Source: Dimorphilus gyrociliatus (lineage: Eukaryota > Animalia > Annelida). Taken from it: a stretch of 64,000 nucleotides of DNA. Numbering within the stretch: position 1 is the stretch's first letter; each line of letters opens with the position of its first letter. The translations under genes and the position numbers were made by a program. The stretch covers positions 1,974,946 to 2,038,945 of the forward strand of contig CAJFCJ010000006.1 of assembly GCA_904063045.1 (NCBI GenBank), read 5' to 3'. Under the pieces are notes generated by a model. It ran no database searches. It had not been told where the DNA came from and was given only the letters and a program-made list of their open reading frames with translations. Shown here in pieces: positions 1 through 10,773 of this stretch.

Positions 1-536
1 ATAGTCCATCAATTGTAGCTTCCTGCGTAATTTAAATAATAGAAATGAATTGCTTCTTTAAGTATTAAAATCGTAAACGCAAACTCGTTGGCTATCATTT
101 ACAGAAAATTAAAGCAAGAGCACTTCCTCGTCTAATTGAATGAAAACTATAAACTTGAAAATAAACCGACGAATTGTAACCTTAGAGTAAAAAGTTTTAT
201 ACGATACGAGTATAATTGTCAATGGCCAAAAGACGTCTTATAGTAAAAAGAAAAAGAAGAAGTAGACAAATTGCAAATGAAAAAGAAAATTAGAAAAGAA
301 GCTTAAGAAATTGTTAGTATTTTAAGCAATAATATAATAACAATGAATGATTTTTAATAAGGGAAAGAAAATTTTTCTGTGGAAAGTGTAGAGTTAAAAA
401 TGATGTTAAAGCCTACCACCCAGGATATTCACGGATCACTAAATATACAAAAATATCAAAAATATCGATAAAACTCTATTTGATTTCTCTACGTGAATAT
501 AATTTATGGAACTCTATACCATCGATACGGATATCA

Positions 537-571
<35 letters not shown>

Positions 572-647
572 TTTTATATTCACAGACGTACGAATATTAA
601 TGAGTCACCTTTTCTATCTTTTTCTATCCTCTATCTTTCTCCCTTAG

Positions 648-978
648 GATGATTAAAGGTACAACAATGCAGGAATTCAAGTTTATTCTTATTATATATA
701 TATAAATTCAACAATATTTAAATCGATATTATCTCAGTTTTGATCCTTTTTAACCTGTTTAGTAAATACGAATAGAAGGGAGATGAGCTAAAATAAAGAA
801 AGTCAAGCTAGCAACAACAACAAAAATTATCTATAAATGTAGAAAACTAACATTTCTTATCTTTAATCCTTTGTGCATATATATATTTATACATAAATAA
901 TAGATATATATAAAATGTATAGAGATAGTTTGTTCCTCTAACACTAGAGCAGAGTCTATGCCTAAATCGAAACTTTAG
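648..978 (+). CDS. Putative last two coding exons (648-680, 948-978) of a gene entering from the left; would end ...MIKGTTMQEFKAESMPKSKL* (PTS1-like)
   Basis: Long polypyrimidine tract plus AG at 646-647, GT donor at 681, and AG at 946-947. Splice phases match (2/2), and the frame ends CCT AAA TCG AAA CTT TAG. Confidence 0.4.
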
Positions 979-2013
979 AAGAAATCCCAACTCTGTTTGC
1001 CGAATAAATATTACGATGAAACTTGGAGAAAAACAAGACAAAGAGAACGCGAAATAGATGGTGGAGAACTAGAAATTGACTGATTGAATATGCTTTGGAC
1101 AATGACGCAAGTGTTTGGCGGGAGAAATATTTTCCCAAAACAACGTTCACAGACCTATAATAAAACATAAACAGACATAAAAAAAATCTCTAGTAATACT
1201 GCAATATAACATAGAGCAAGAAGAGAGTAAAAAGGAATAGGATATTAGGGTAGAGAGAGCTAGAAAGTGTGGAAGGTCGGAAGAATAAAGTTAGATGGTA
1301 ATTTTTCTATCTTTTTTAAAATGTTATAAATTTTCCATATAAATATCATGGTTTATTCCCATTAATCTTTTTACCTATTTTTAATATGGTAAAGTATTTA
1401 ATCTCATTATACTTTTAGTTATAAAATATATCATTTTAATTTCAATTTCCACCCTCCTTTCTCGCTCTCTCTCTCTTTTTTTTTCTCTCTCTCTCTCTTT
1501 CCTCATTCTTCCTTCCTTGTCTTTCACTGTCTTTGTCTCTGGACTCTTCTAAATATATTATTTCTTAGCTGTTAAATGACTCTTTCGTGATAAATTCAGA
1601 GAACTTACTTTAAAACGGAAAAGTTGGATAATCTTATTCTCATTATACTCCCTTTAATTTTCCTTATTCTCTCTTAGCTTTTTTCAACATTTGCAGTAGA
1701 ATTATATACAGAAAAAAGTAATAACAAAGAGCTTTTCTCTCGTGATATTTATAGAGATTTACAAGTTTTTAGCACTTCATAAATACAGATGATACAAAGA
1801 CGTTACAGTATCTATATAAAAATATACGGATGGCTGTCTTTTTCCTATCAGATAATTAGAATTTACAAAACAATTCTCTAGTTAAGCTTAAATTCTGTTT
1901 TCTTGATAGTTTATAAACAATTATTTAGATTCAATGAAATCGTACATATACGTACCAACAATAATTTTCACCCTTCACCAACGCCTCCTCCTAACTGCGA
2001 TTGAGGGGCGTCC

Positions 2014-2036
2014 TGAGTCAGAGGCGCCACCTAGGG
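2014..2036 (+). promoter_or_regulatory. AP-1-like site (TGAGTCA, 2014-2020) next to a CTCF-like motif (GCGCCACCTAGGG, 2024-2036) in a small GC-rich island
   Basis: Direct match to known consensus motifs within an otherwise very AT-rich intergenic region. Confidence 0.45.
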
Positions 2037-4443
2037 AAAGATAAATCCCTGTTTAGAAATATACTGGATATATAAATATAAATAAATATATGAGTGAATG
2101 AATATATATATACAATATATTTATATAAATTTTATAACATAGATACAGTATATAAAACTGAATATTATGAATTTAAACTACTAGATGTATTCTTATTTGA
2201 ATTTATCCATGGAGATCATAATCTAAGTGCACATACTAAATATATATGTGTACAAATGCTTGTATAGACTTGATACATTGTATATAAATACATATACATA
2301 TATATATACAGTATATATATATATATGTGTGTGTATAAACTGTATTTCCATATTCAACCTATAATATAAAGTATAAAAAACAGAAAAGATATTGGGTACG
2401 GATCACTTATCTCTATAATATAAAGCATTAGAGTTGTGATTCAGATTTTCCAAGTTTTAGGGATCAATTAAAGATTGACAAGCCGAATCTAAAGGGAAGA
2501 GAATTTATACTTTTTTCATCCTTAGAACACAAACTATTGGGCATTGTAAAAAGTGGAAATATATACTGAAAGATTCACTTATTATTTCCTTACAATCCTC
2601 AATCAAGAATAGAATTTTCTATTGATCGTCATTTTCTTTTCTTTGAATTCATTGGTTGTAAAGAGTTAATATATTTTTATAAAAGATTTTTGAATTTTTT
2701 TTTTATCTTTTTTTAAATAGAAAATTAGTAAGATGCTCCGGGGCAAAATGGCTATTCTTTAATTAATTACTAGGAACAAACATCAAAAGAATCTGTCTCA
2801 ATCTCATACACGCATCAAATCAAGTCGAGAATGAGATACACTTAAGTCGTCTTTTCCCTCTTGACAATTCGATGCCTTCTCTAAATAGCAATATATGCGT
2901 TTATCTACAGCTTTCAGTTTAGTTCCATTAGTTTAATTTTTGCATAAAACCTAGGCAGACTCAGGCTGTAAGCCATTTCACACCTGTCATAACACTCTTT
3001 TCTATTGCTGGATTAACCGCAACTGCAAAAAATTGACTTCTTTGATATATCAGGGCTATTTCATGCTATTCTTTATCGTTCGACCTTTAAACTTGTATTT
3101 TTGTATTTAAGTTACCATAAATAGTAGAATATAGAGCAAAAGTGATTACTACGTTTCTGAACAACCTTTTGAAATTGCTAAGACTCTTATTTTTTAGTTA
3201 AATAGCATATAATTACTAGATCACGAAAGTATGAAGTATCATAACAGTTTCTTTTTACTTTCATTTGCACAAAGAGAAATAGATTTTTTCAATGGTTTTT
3301 AGTTTCACTCTTTTAATGTGATATATGAAGTTCTAGATATTTCTGGGTCCATTTGTAGACCGATAAATCATTAGTGACGAAGGTGAAACCACGAGAAAAC
3401 AAATACACCTGCTCACCCTCATAACAATTGTCAACATAATAACAATGCAAAATCTTACAGAGATCTTGTCATGTATTTATGCATTGTATATTATGCTGAA
3501 TAGGCTGAAAATGAAAATGTTTTATAAAAAGTAAACCATTATATATATATAAATATATATTACTTGTACAGTATATATATGAGTTACATTTATGACATTT
3601 AGACTGCAAGGAAGGAGTACAAAAAAAGCCAAAATTGCAATTATCTTATGGGAAAAATTTGAAAGAAGATACTCAATTAAATTGTAGAAACAATTAATAT
3701 TAGGGAGAAAAACTGTATTTATGAAAGTGTCGTTCAATATCTGCACAGAAAAAAATATAAGATTTTTTATGACTCGAATGGGAAAGCAGCCAATTAATTT
3801 TTTCATCAATACGCCTATATATCACCATTAGCCTTTAGCCAGGTTTTGATAATCATAAATAACAATTATTGTTTTTTTTTTTCTTCTCTTTTTTTTTCCT
3901 TTCCTTTTCCCTATCTTTTCTTTCTCTTAGTTCCTTCCTCTAACACGAAGTGTATAATTCTATATTTCTATATCTTCGCTTTTCATCTTAACCTCTTCAC
4001 ATTTTTTTTTCTTCTTTTGCAGCTTCAGTATATGTGTCTCCCTCTCTTGTGCTTTAGTTCTCTGCAAGTAGCTTTTCTAATACTCTTCTATCCTTTCATT
4101 TCCCAGCTTCGAATTAAAATAAAATTTTCTTTTTATGGAAAAGAATAAAGAAAGAAAAAGGACCGTCTTTCATAGTATAAGAACAAAAAGCGCCTTAGAA
4201 TAAAAGTCATTGCAGGTGGTAAAATTCTCACGAGTTTAAACGGATGATACCTCTTGAAAGTTTTTATACAAGATTAGGCCTATTTTCAATATAAAAATCT
4301 CATTTTAAGAGAAAACTTTTATTAACATGAATTGCTAGTGTTACCCTATGGAAAATATTAATTAAAACTCAAATCAAACATAATAAACTGCGGAAAACAT
4401 TTTACTGCTAAACATAGATTGTATAACAGCCAAGAAGAGAGTA

Positions 4444-6772
4444 TTATGCCATCTGTCGGACATCGGAATGAAGTAAATCTGTTCTTATTGGCCGAGCGTA
4501 GAACTTGATTACAAAGTTTACCACAACCTTGCGTTGTTTGCTGTCAATCAAACAGCAAATGAAGCAATTAAAACCATGATGAAGAACTAGGAGAAAGTCT
4601 GCAAAACTGGAAACAAGTCGAACCTGCAGTCTTACATGTATATCTTGAATCTTGCACAGGAGAGCGATAAAACTACAAACTTTAGAAGGTGTTTGTAAAA
4701 TAAAAATGAGCATCAAGTTAACGGAAACAAGAATAACGGCACGTTTCACGGCTTTTCTGGCATTTCTGCTACGAATTTTATCGGATCTAAGAATTGAAAT
4801 AATAATTGTCATACAAGTAACAAATATGATAATTGGAAGCAAATATCCAATAAATAGCCATGTAAAAGATACAATTTGTTCAGATTGTCCATTCAAGCTT
4901 CCAAGGCTAACAAAGTACGCAACATCTTCTTTATCTCCTTTAAATTCGTGAAATTCATATTTGTATAATAAGGGTATATGTCCAGCTCCCACAACAATCA
5001 AAGTTATGAAAATTGAAAATGCTAATTTCCTAGGACTTACATAAGTATGAGCCTCTTGCAGTTTCTTTATACAAACACAGTGCATAATAACAGCAATAAC
5101 AGCCAACCTAAATTGGAAAGAGAGATTGTAAAGTGAAAATTAAAAAAATGAATAAATCATAAAGGAAAAAAACTGAAATTTTAACTAATACTCTCATTGC
5201 TTATTTACTACTGTATTATATAGTTGTTTATGCAATATTTATTGAGTATTTACCAAATTCCTTCATGGCTAAAAGCCGAATGAAGAGCTGAACCATAAAG
5301 TTGGTAATAAAATCCAAATGACTTCTTTAAAAATACCAATTCAGTTTTGGCTAATGCTATTCTTGGAATAAGCAATAAACAAGATAGAAAATTGCATAGC
5401 GACCAAGCACTCAATTCAACAAGAGTAGCTTTTTCAATCGCATATCTCGCTTTAACTAAAGTTGGTAATTGTATTGTTGGTGTTGTTTTTAAATTAATAA
5501 TTCTCCAAGAAAACGCAACCAAATTAGCTAAATTACCAAATATCCCAAGGGCAGCGAATAGAGGAACAAGTATTTGATTTAAAAAAGTATCAAGGCGTTC
5601 AATAGAGGTTTTAGGCGCAGCTGAAATAAATGGAAAGATTAAATAGAGGAAGAGTTATATGTTTTAAGGTAAGTTGGCTATCTTGTCAATGTTAATTCAT
5701 TTATTATGTTTCATATAACAAACATTATATTTCATTTAATAACATCATATTTCCATTTTTAATATAATTTCCGAAAATATTAATCAATTGCTAATTTGAA
5801 AGATATAAAATAGCTGAAAAGAGGAGGAAGAAAGATAGAAGAAGTGGCGGTATATCATTTAAATAGATGACCTTTAATGAAAGGAAATACATTATTATTT
5901 TTTTTTACAATTATCATAAACAAAGTCTCCTTTTGAAAGGTGTTATTTTCCTCTTCTCTTTTTTATCCTTTAAACAATTCTCCTTCACTTTTTTAGTTGA
6001 ATAAAAGTATCTGTAAAGTACTTGTACAAAATCCAACTATGATATAATAAAATCATATTTTCTTCTCTTTAATCCTTTATCCTATTTTATAGTTTTATAC
6101 TGTATGTCATCCAAACATATAATTATTTAATAATCCTCTATAGAGTTGGAGATTTCTTTTGCAGAAGTCATTCATTAACTAATTAAATTTATGATTTCTT
6201 ATTTATGAATATTAATTATAGCTTTCTAATAAAGATAATGATTTTCCGAAGAAATAGTTCATACTGAAAAAATACCTACATCTGTATTAATTTAATTATA
6301 GAGCACTCATAACAAAAAATACTAATTGTTAGAGACAGGATGCGCCTTAAGCACCATACCTAAGAAACTTTTTTACAGTTATGAATATAGTCTGTGGTTG
6401 ATGTCATAGATAGCTTAAGTTTTATAGGCTAACTTTTTAATATCTACAATATTCTCCTTATATCTGTTTTACTCTTCATTGAATATTTTTTTGAATAAAT
6501 AACTACAATTATGAATGACTTTTAATGAATTTCATTCGAAATTAGGTTAAGGTAAATTTTTTAAATATGATATTTGAATAGTTAAAGAATAATAAGATAT
6601 TGAAAAGAATGAAAAGGAGAAAATTTCTTGTTTAAAAGTGCGGTTATCTCTAAAAAAACAAGAACATTAGGGATATAAAAATAGAAATATTTGATTTTCA
6701 TATTATTATATAATTGTTTTCATTACTTTCTTAATAATTCTTACCTTTTTGAAGATTATACATTGACTTCAT
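4444..6772 (-). CDS. Orphan rhodopsin-like (class A) GPCR, peptide-receptor/Srw-like; coding exons 6745-6772, 5254-5620, 4444-5107
   Basis: Spliced frame MKSMYNLQKAAPKTSIERLDTFLNQILVPLFAALGIFGNLANLVAF has the TM1 GN motif. Seven hydrophobic segments, TM5 YLLP, TM6 ILQTP and TM7 HHGFNCFICC are present, and the GT-AG junctions keep the frame. Confidence 0.85.
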
Positions 6773-7380
6773 AAGATTATATGCTTCTGCTGACCTATTT
6801 CTGAAAATAAATTCCATTTTTAAACATCACACGAGATAAATTTATGTAGGAAATGACTATCTATATTTTTCTCTTCGCAACGAAGAGCGTCGCTGCGAAA
6901 CAGATGAAAAGTCACGTGAGACAAAATATCATGTCCTATATAAAAAAAACTCTTATTTATCTATAACTAGCATAAATTTTTCATTTTGCCTTTTAAATAT
7001 TCTTATCATTAATTATTGTATTTTTTTTAAGAAAGCAAATTAGCTATGTTTTGCTGTTACTGCAGTTTTATTTAATCCAAAAAATTGACAAAGCAACCTT
7101 GATCTATCAAGTTATTTTTAAAAGAATTATCAAAAATGTGTTTTTATTATATATATATATATTTGAAATTATGTGAAGGGGATAAGAGTCAAATAATTCG
7201 GATTGTATTGTAAATTTGATCATTTATAGTTTTATTATTGTAAAAATTTAAAGAGAAATTGAAAAGAGGGGAAGAGAAGAAAGTGAAAGAAAGAGTTAAT
7301 CATTAAAATTTTATTTATTTAGAAAGAGTGCTCTGTCCTCCTCAGACTTGCCGTTATCGTCGTCATCGTTTGGGTTTGTG

Positions 7381-8796
7381 TTACTTTTGATTTTGTACCC
7401 AATTTACCAATGCCTATTAAAATAGAGAGAAATAGTTTAATATTTAAATATAAATTCGTCCAATAAACATTCTAAATCAAGTAGAGTGTTTAACGAAACG
7501 CTAGTAAGTTACAACCGTTTTAAATATAAACCTATCTCCATTGAGGTTTTCGAACTAAGTTACGTTGTATATCAAGGACACCTTACTAAGTGTGATAAAC
7601 TCATTATAGCATAATAGAGATCGATGAACTGTTTCTTACAATTGATATTTACTAAATTGAGGACATACACACTTAATAAAACACAACATACTATTTGAAC
7701 GAAAACACTTGTCGACCAGTAAATAGGATTAGACGGTTGTAAAAAAGAGCATCTCCTAATAAAGGACACCTAAAAACAGATTACTTTTGTATCCTTTCTT
7801 ATTAAATATATTATACTGGTAAACAGTTTCTCCTTATTTCTACCTTACTATCAACTTTATCAGAGATATCTTCAATTTACTTCTTTTAATAGAAGAAGAG
7901 AATAGAGATCAGTAAAAGATTCTCTCATATATATTAGTATATATATATATGTTTTTATCCTACCTTTATACCGTTGCACATATCGGGTATATACTCTTCC
8001 ATAAATCCTTTCGGTAGTGGATTATCTAAGCCTATTTCACGACTTTTTTCCAATGGTTTCGTACCATCAAAATTTACATAACAGAATCTTACAGTAAGCT
8101 CGTTGTTTGGTCTTAGGAAAGCTGGACCTCCAGACATTAGCTAATTCGTAAATAGTAAGGGAAACCGTTAATTAAATAAATATATATATGTATATAATTT
8201 AAAATGCCACACAGCAACATTGCATTCGTCCAGCATAGCATCGCACATCTGTTGGCCTGTATGAATATTTCGTCGAGATAGTGACTCCCTTACGACCTCG
8301 AAGTCTGGCATCATATAGAATCCACCACCAGATGGCACTACTCGTACACCAACATCGCAAAGAGCTTCTCTGCAATATTTTTCTACGCAGGCCAATACTC
8401 TGCTACAGTGCTTTATATAGCTGTCAACTGCTGTTTCGTTCCTCAAATACTGTTTAAAAGATTATTAGAAATATATAAGTAACTAGATTACCACTCATTG
8501 ATCTGTTATATAAACCTCAGTAAGAGCGTATTGCATGGGAGCAGGAGCACAGGAAAATGTGTGACTCGCAGCGCTCTTAACCCCATTTCTTAGTTCATTC
8601 AACTTTTCAGGATAGATATGATAACCAACCTAAAAAGAAAATTCTTTTAAAATGTATCAATCGATAAATATTATTTAATTATTTTTCTTTACAAACCCTC
8701 CATCCTCCAGCACTGGACCATTTCGAAAAACCAGAACTTAAAATTGTTCCTTCTGGATAAAACTATTAGGAATGAACGAAACGAAAGATTAGAGAG

Positions 8797-8831
<35 letters not shown>

Positions 8832-9991
8832 AAGAAAGTACATTTGCCAAAGTACAATGCTTCTGCTGGTAGTGTAACCGACCGTAGATTTCATCAGTTA
8901 GAACCAAAATATTATTCTCTTTGAATGTTTCACTAGAAAAATGAATGAAAAATGTATTTAACAGCATTTTTTGTTTTATTCAATTAATATCTAAAATATG
9001 TTTTTGTAGAGTTTTTTGGTTTAGCTTTGTTTTGTTAATTACTAATTTATTAGATTAACATTAGAAATGATTTCATTAAGGATTTTTATTATATTAATTA
9101 ATATATACATTAACTTACGTTAAAGCTTTCAATTCAGTTTCGTTATAGGTTGCACCAGCTGTAAGTAATATATATATATATAGTATATATATATTGTATA
9201 TATTGCATTAGTACTGTATATATTATAATGTACATATAGATGAAAGTGTCTACTGTATAATACGGTTAATTGCGAAACAATAGAACACGTCATTCTACTG
9301 ATAAAGTAAAGATTATCCTTGAATGTACGATAAAGAATATGATATCTCTTAGGTATAGATATAATATCTTAATGGAAAAATACCGTTTCAGTTAGAGTTT
9401 AAAAACTGCTTAAAAGTATAAAAAGAAGGGTAAAAGAAATCAGCTCAACTAACTAGGATTATCTGGGTTACATAATACTAGCAGTTTATTCTCTTTCATT
9501 CCATCGATGTTTGCTTCAACTAGGGTTTTCTTAACCATATCTGGTGTTATCTTCCATTGGTTTTCATAATTTGTATTTATAATGAAGCTATCTCTACCGG
9601 CTAGATGTGCCTGAGGTCTGTAAGTTGTCCAGGTGGGCGATATACATAGGATTTTACCATTGAAAATCCGAAAGAGTAGGAAAATCAATTCTTTGGAGCC
9701 TGGCCCCACAAGAATATTCTCAGAATCTACCTTCAAACCATCGTATCTTGAATGGAGGCGGGCAATTTCAATGCGTAGCTCTTCATTACCAGCAACTGGC
9801 AAGTAGGCGCTTCGATATGTATTCTCTTTAAGTGCTTCCTGTAGTTCACTCGGTACGGGGAAGGGCGATTGACCGAAAGCGAAATGATAAATATTATTTC
9901 CGGCCTCTCTGAGACGTTTAATACGTTCATTAAACGCTAGATTGGAAGCTGGACAATAGTTAGCTAGCTCTGGCTGAACAAGGTTGGCCAT
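7381..9991 (-). CDS. PLP-dependent class I/II aminotransferase (aspartate aminotransferase-like), 8 exons
   Basis: Motifs FAFGQSPFP, GPGSKELIF, LCNPDNPTG, LTDEIY (PLP Asp), SGFSKWSSAGGWRVG (Schiff-base Lys), GGFYMMPDF and VRFCYV. The last exon (7381-7413) reads ALVNWVQNQK*. Junction phases are consistent. Confidence 0.92.
8801..8826. repeat. (AG)n microsatellite in an aminotransferase intron
   Basis: Visible dinucleotide run. Confidence 0.9.
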
Positions 9992-10087
9992 TTTCAAGGC
10001 GATTGAAGAATTATTTTGTCGTATGACTTTAAATAATAGAGGTCAGTCCTTGACCTTGCGAAAATTATTACAAGCAAGTTAAATGGA

Positions 10088-10101
10088 CGCCATCTATAGT
10101 G
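10088..10101 (+). promoter_or_regulatory. CTCF-like motif (CGCCATCTATAGTG) about 100 bp upstream of the aminotransferase ATG
   Basis: Matches the reverse complement of the CTCF core YAGRKGGCR. Confidence 0.35.
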
Positions 10102-10660
10102 CATAATAATAATCCTTGATATAATTAAACGAGATGGAATTAATTATTTAAAATCCAGCACAAATCCATAATATAACTTTTAGTTTAGTGTTCAATAACC
10201 TAATCCTCAACGAATTTCTATTAACGACGATCATTAAATTCTAATAGATGTTGTCTTTCCGATAATCCATCCTATTCGGTTTCTCTATTGGAAATAGTTT
10301 GTAATCAACAAAATTCTTAAATTATCTTCCTTTTAAATTACATGCATATCAGTTGTCATAAAAGAACTATCTTTATTCGTTTCACATACTCTCTCTTTTA
10401 AGTTTTTTTTTTATCAACTAAGGTACATTTTATGAATATATCTATGAATCAGGTCAAACATTAAAGAAAGATGTAGACATCTAACTCCTAGGGTACTATT
10501 CTATAAGACAAGTCAAATAAATTTCACAAAACTACGGACAAAAACCTAAACACCGCTTCAAAAGAAATTGATTTTCAAAGGAAAGATAGAAGGAGGATAG
10601 TAAAAGGGAGAAAATAAAGATTGTAGGGAAGAGAAGAGAGGAGAGGAAAGAGAAAGAGAG

Positions 10661-10662
10661 AG

Positions 10663-10694
<32 letters not shown>
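10661..10694. repeat. AG-rich simple repeat
   Basis: Visible purine-rich (AG/AAAG)n run. Confidence 0.8.
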
Positions 10695-10695
<1 letters not shown>

Positions 10696-10773
10696 ATGAA
10701 CTGCTCAAAAAGCATTTTTCTTTTGTATTAATAATTTTTTCATCATCTTCAACTTGTTGGTCTCGTGTCGCAT

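Noticed and set aside
3522-4148. ORFs 3522-3809 and 3846-4148
   Set aside because: F/I/L/Y-rich translations of poly-T and TA tracts, with no motifs or credible splice context.
4652-4951. Plus-strand ORF inside GPCR 1 (likewise 5347-5577 and 17419-17916)
   Set aside because: Antisense shadows of real coding exons.
6881-6897. CTCTTCG-caa-CGAAGAG hairpin upstream of GPCR 1
   Set aside because: A 7-bp stem is expected by chance in 64 kb, and there is no RNA-family context.
7572-7769. ORF as the last exon of the aminotransferase
   Set aside because: It would add an implausible 65-aa hydrophobic tail. The exon at 7381-7413 (ALVNWVQNQK*) fits the expected short terminal helix better.
7789-7797. 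GTATCCTTT U12-type donor-like sequence
   Set aside because: It lies on the plus strand with no plus-strand exon upstream, inside an intron of a minus-strand gene, so it is likely chance.
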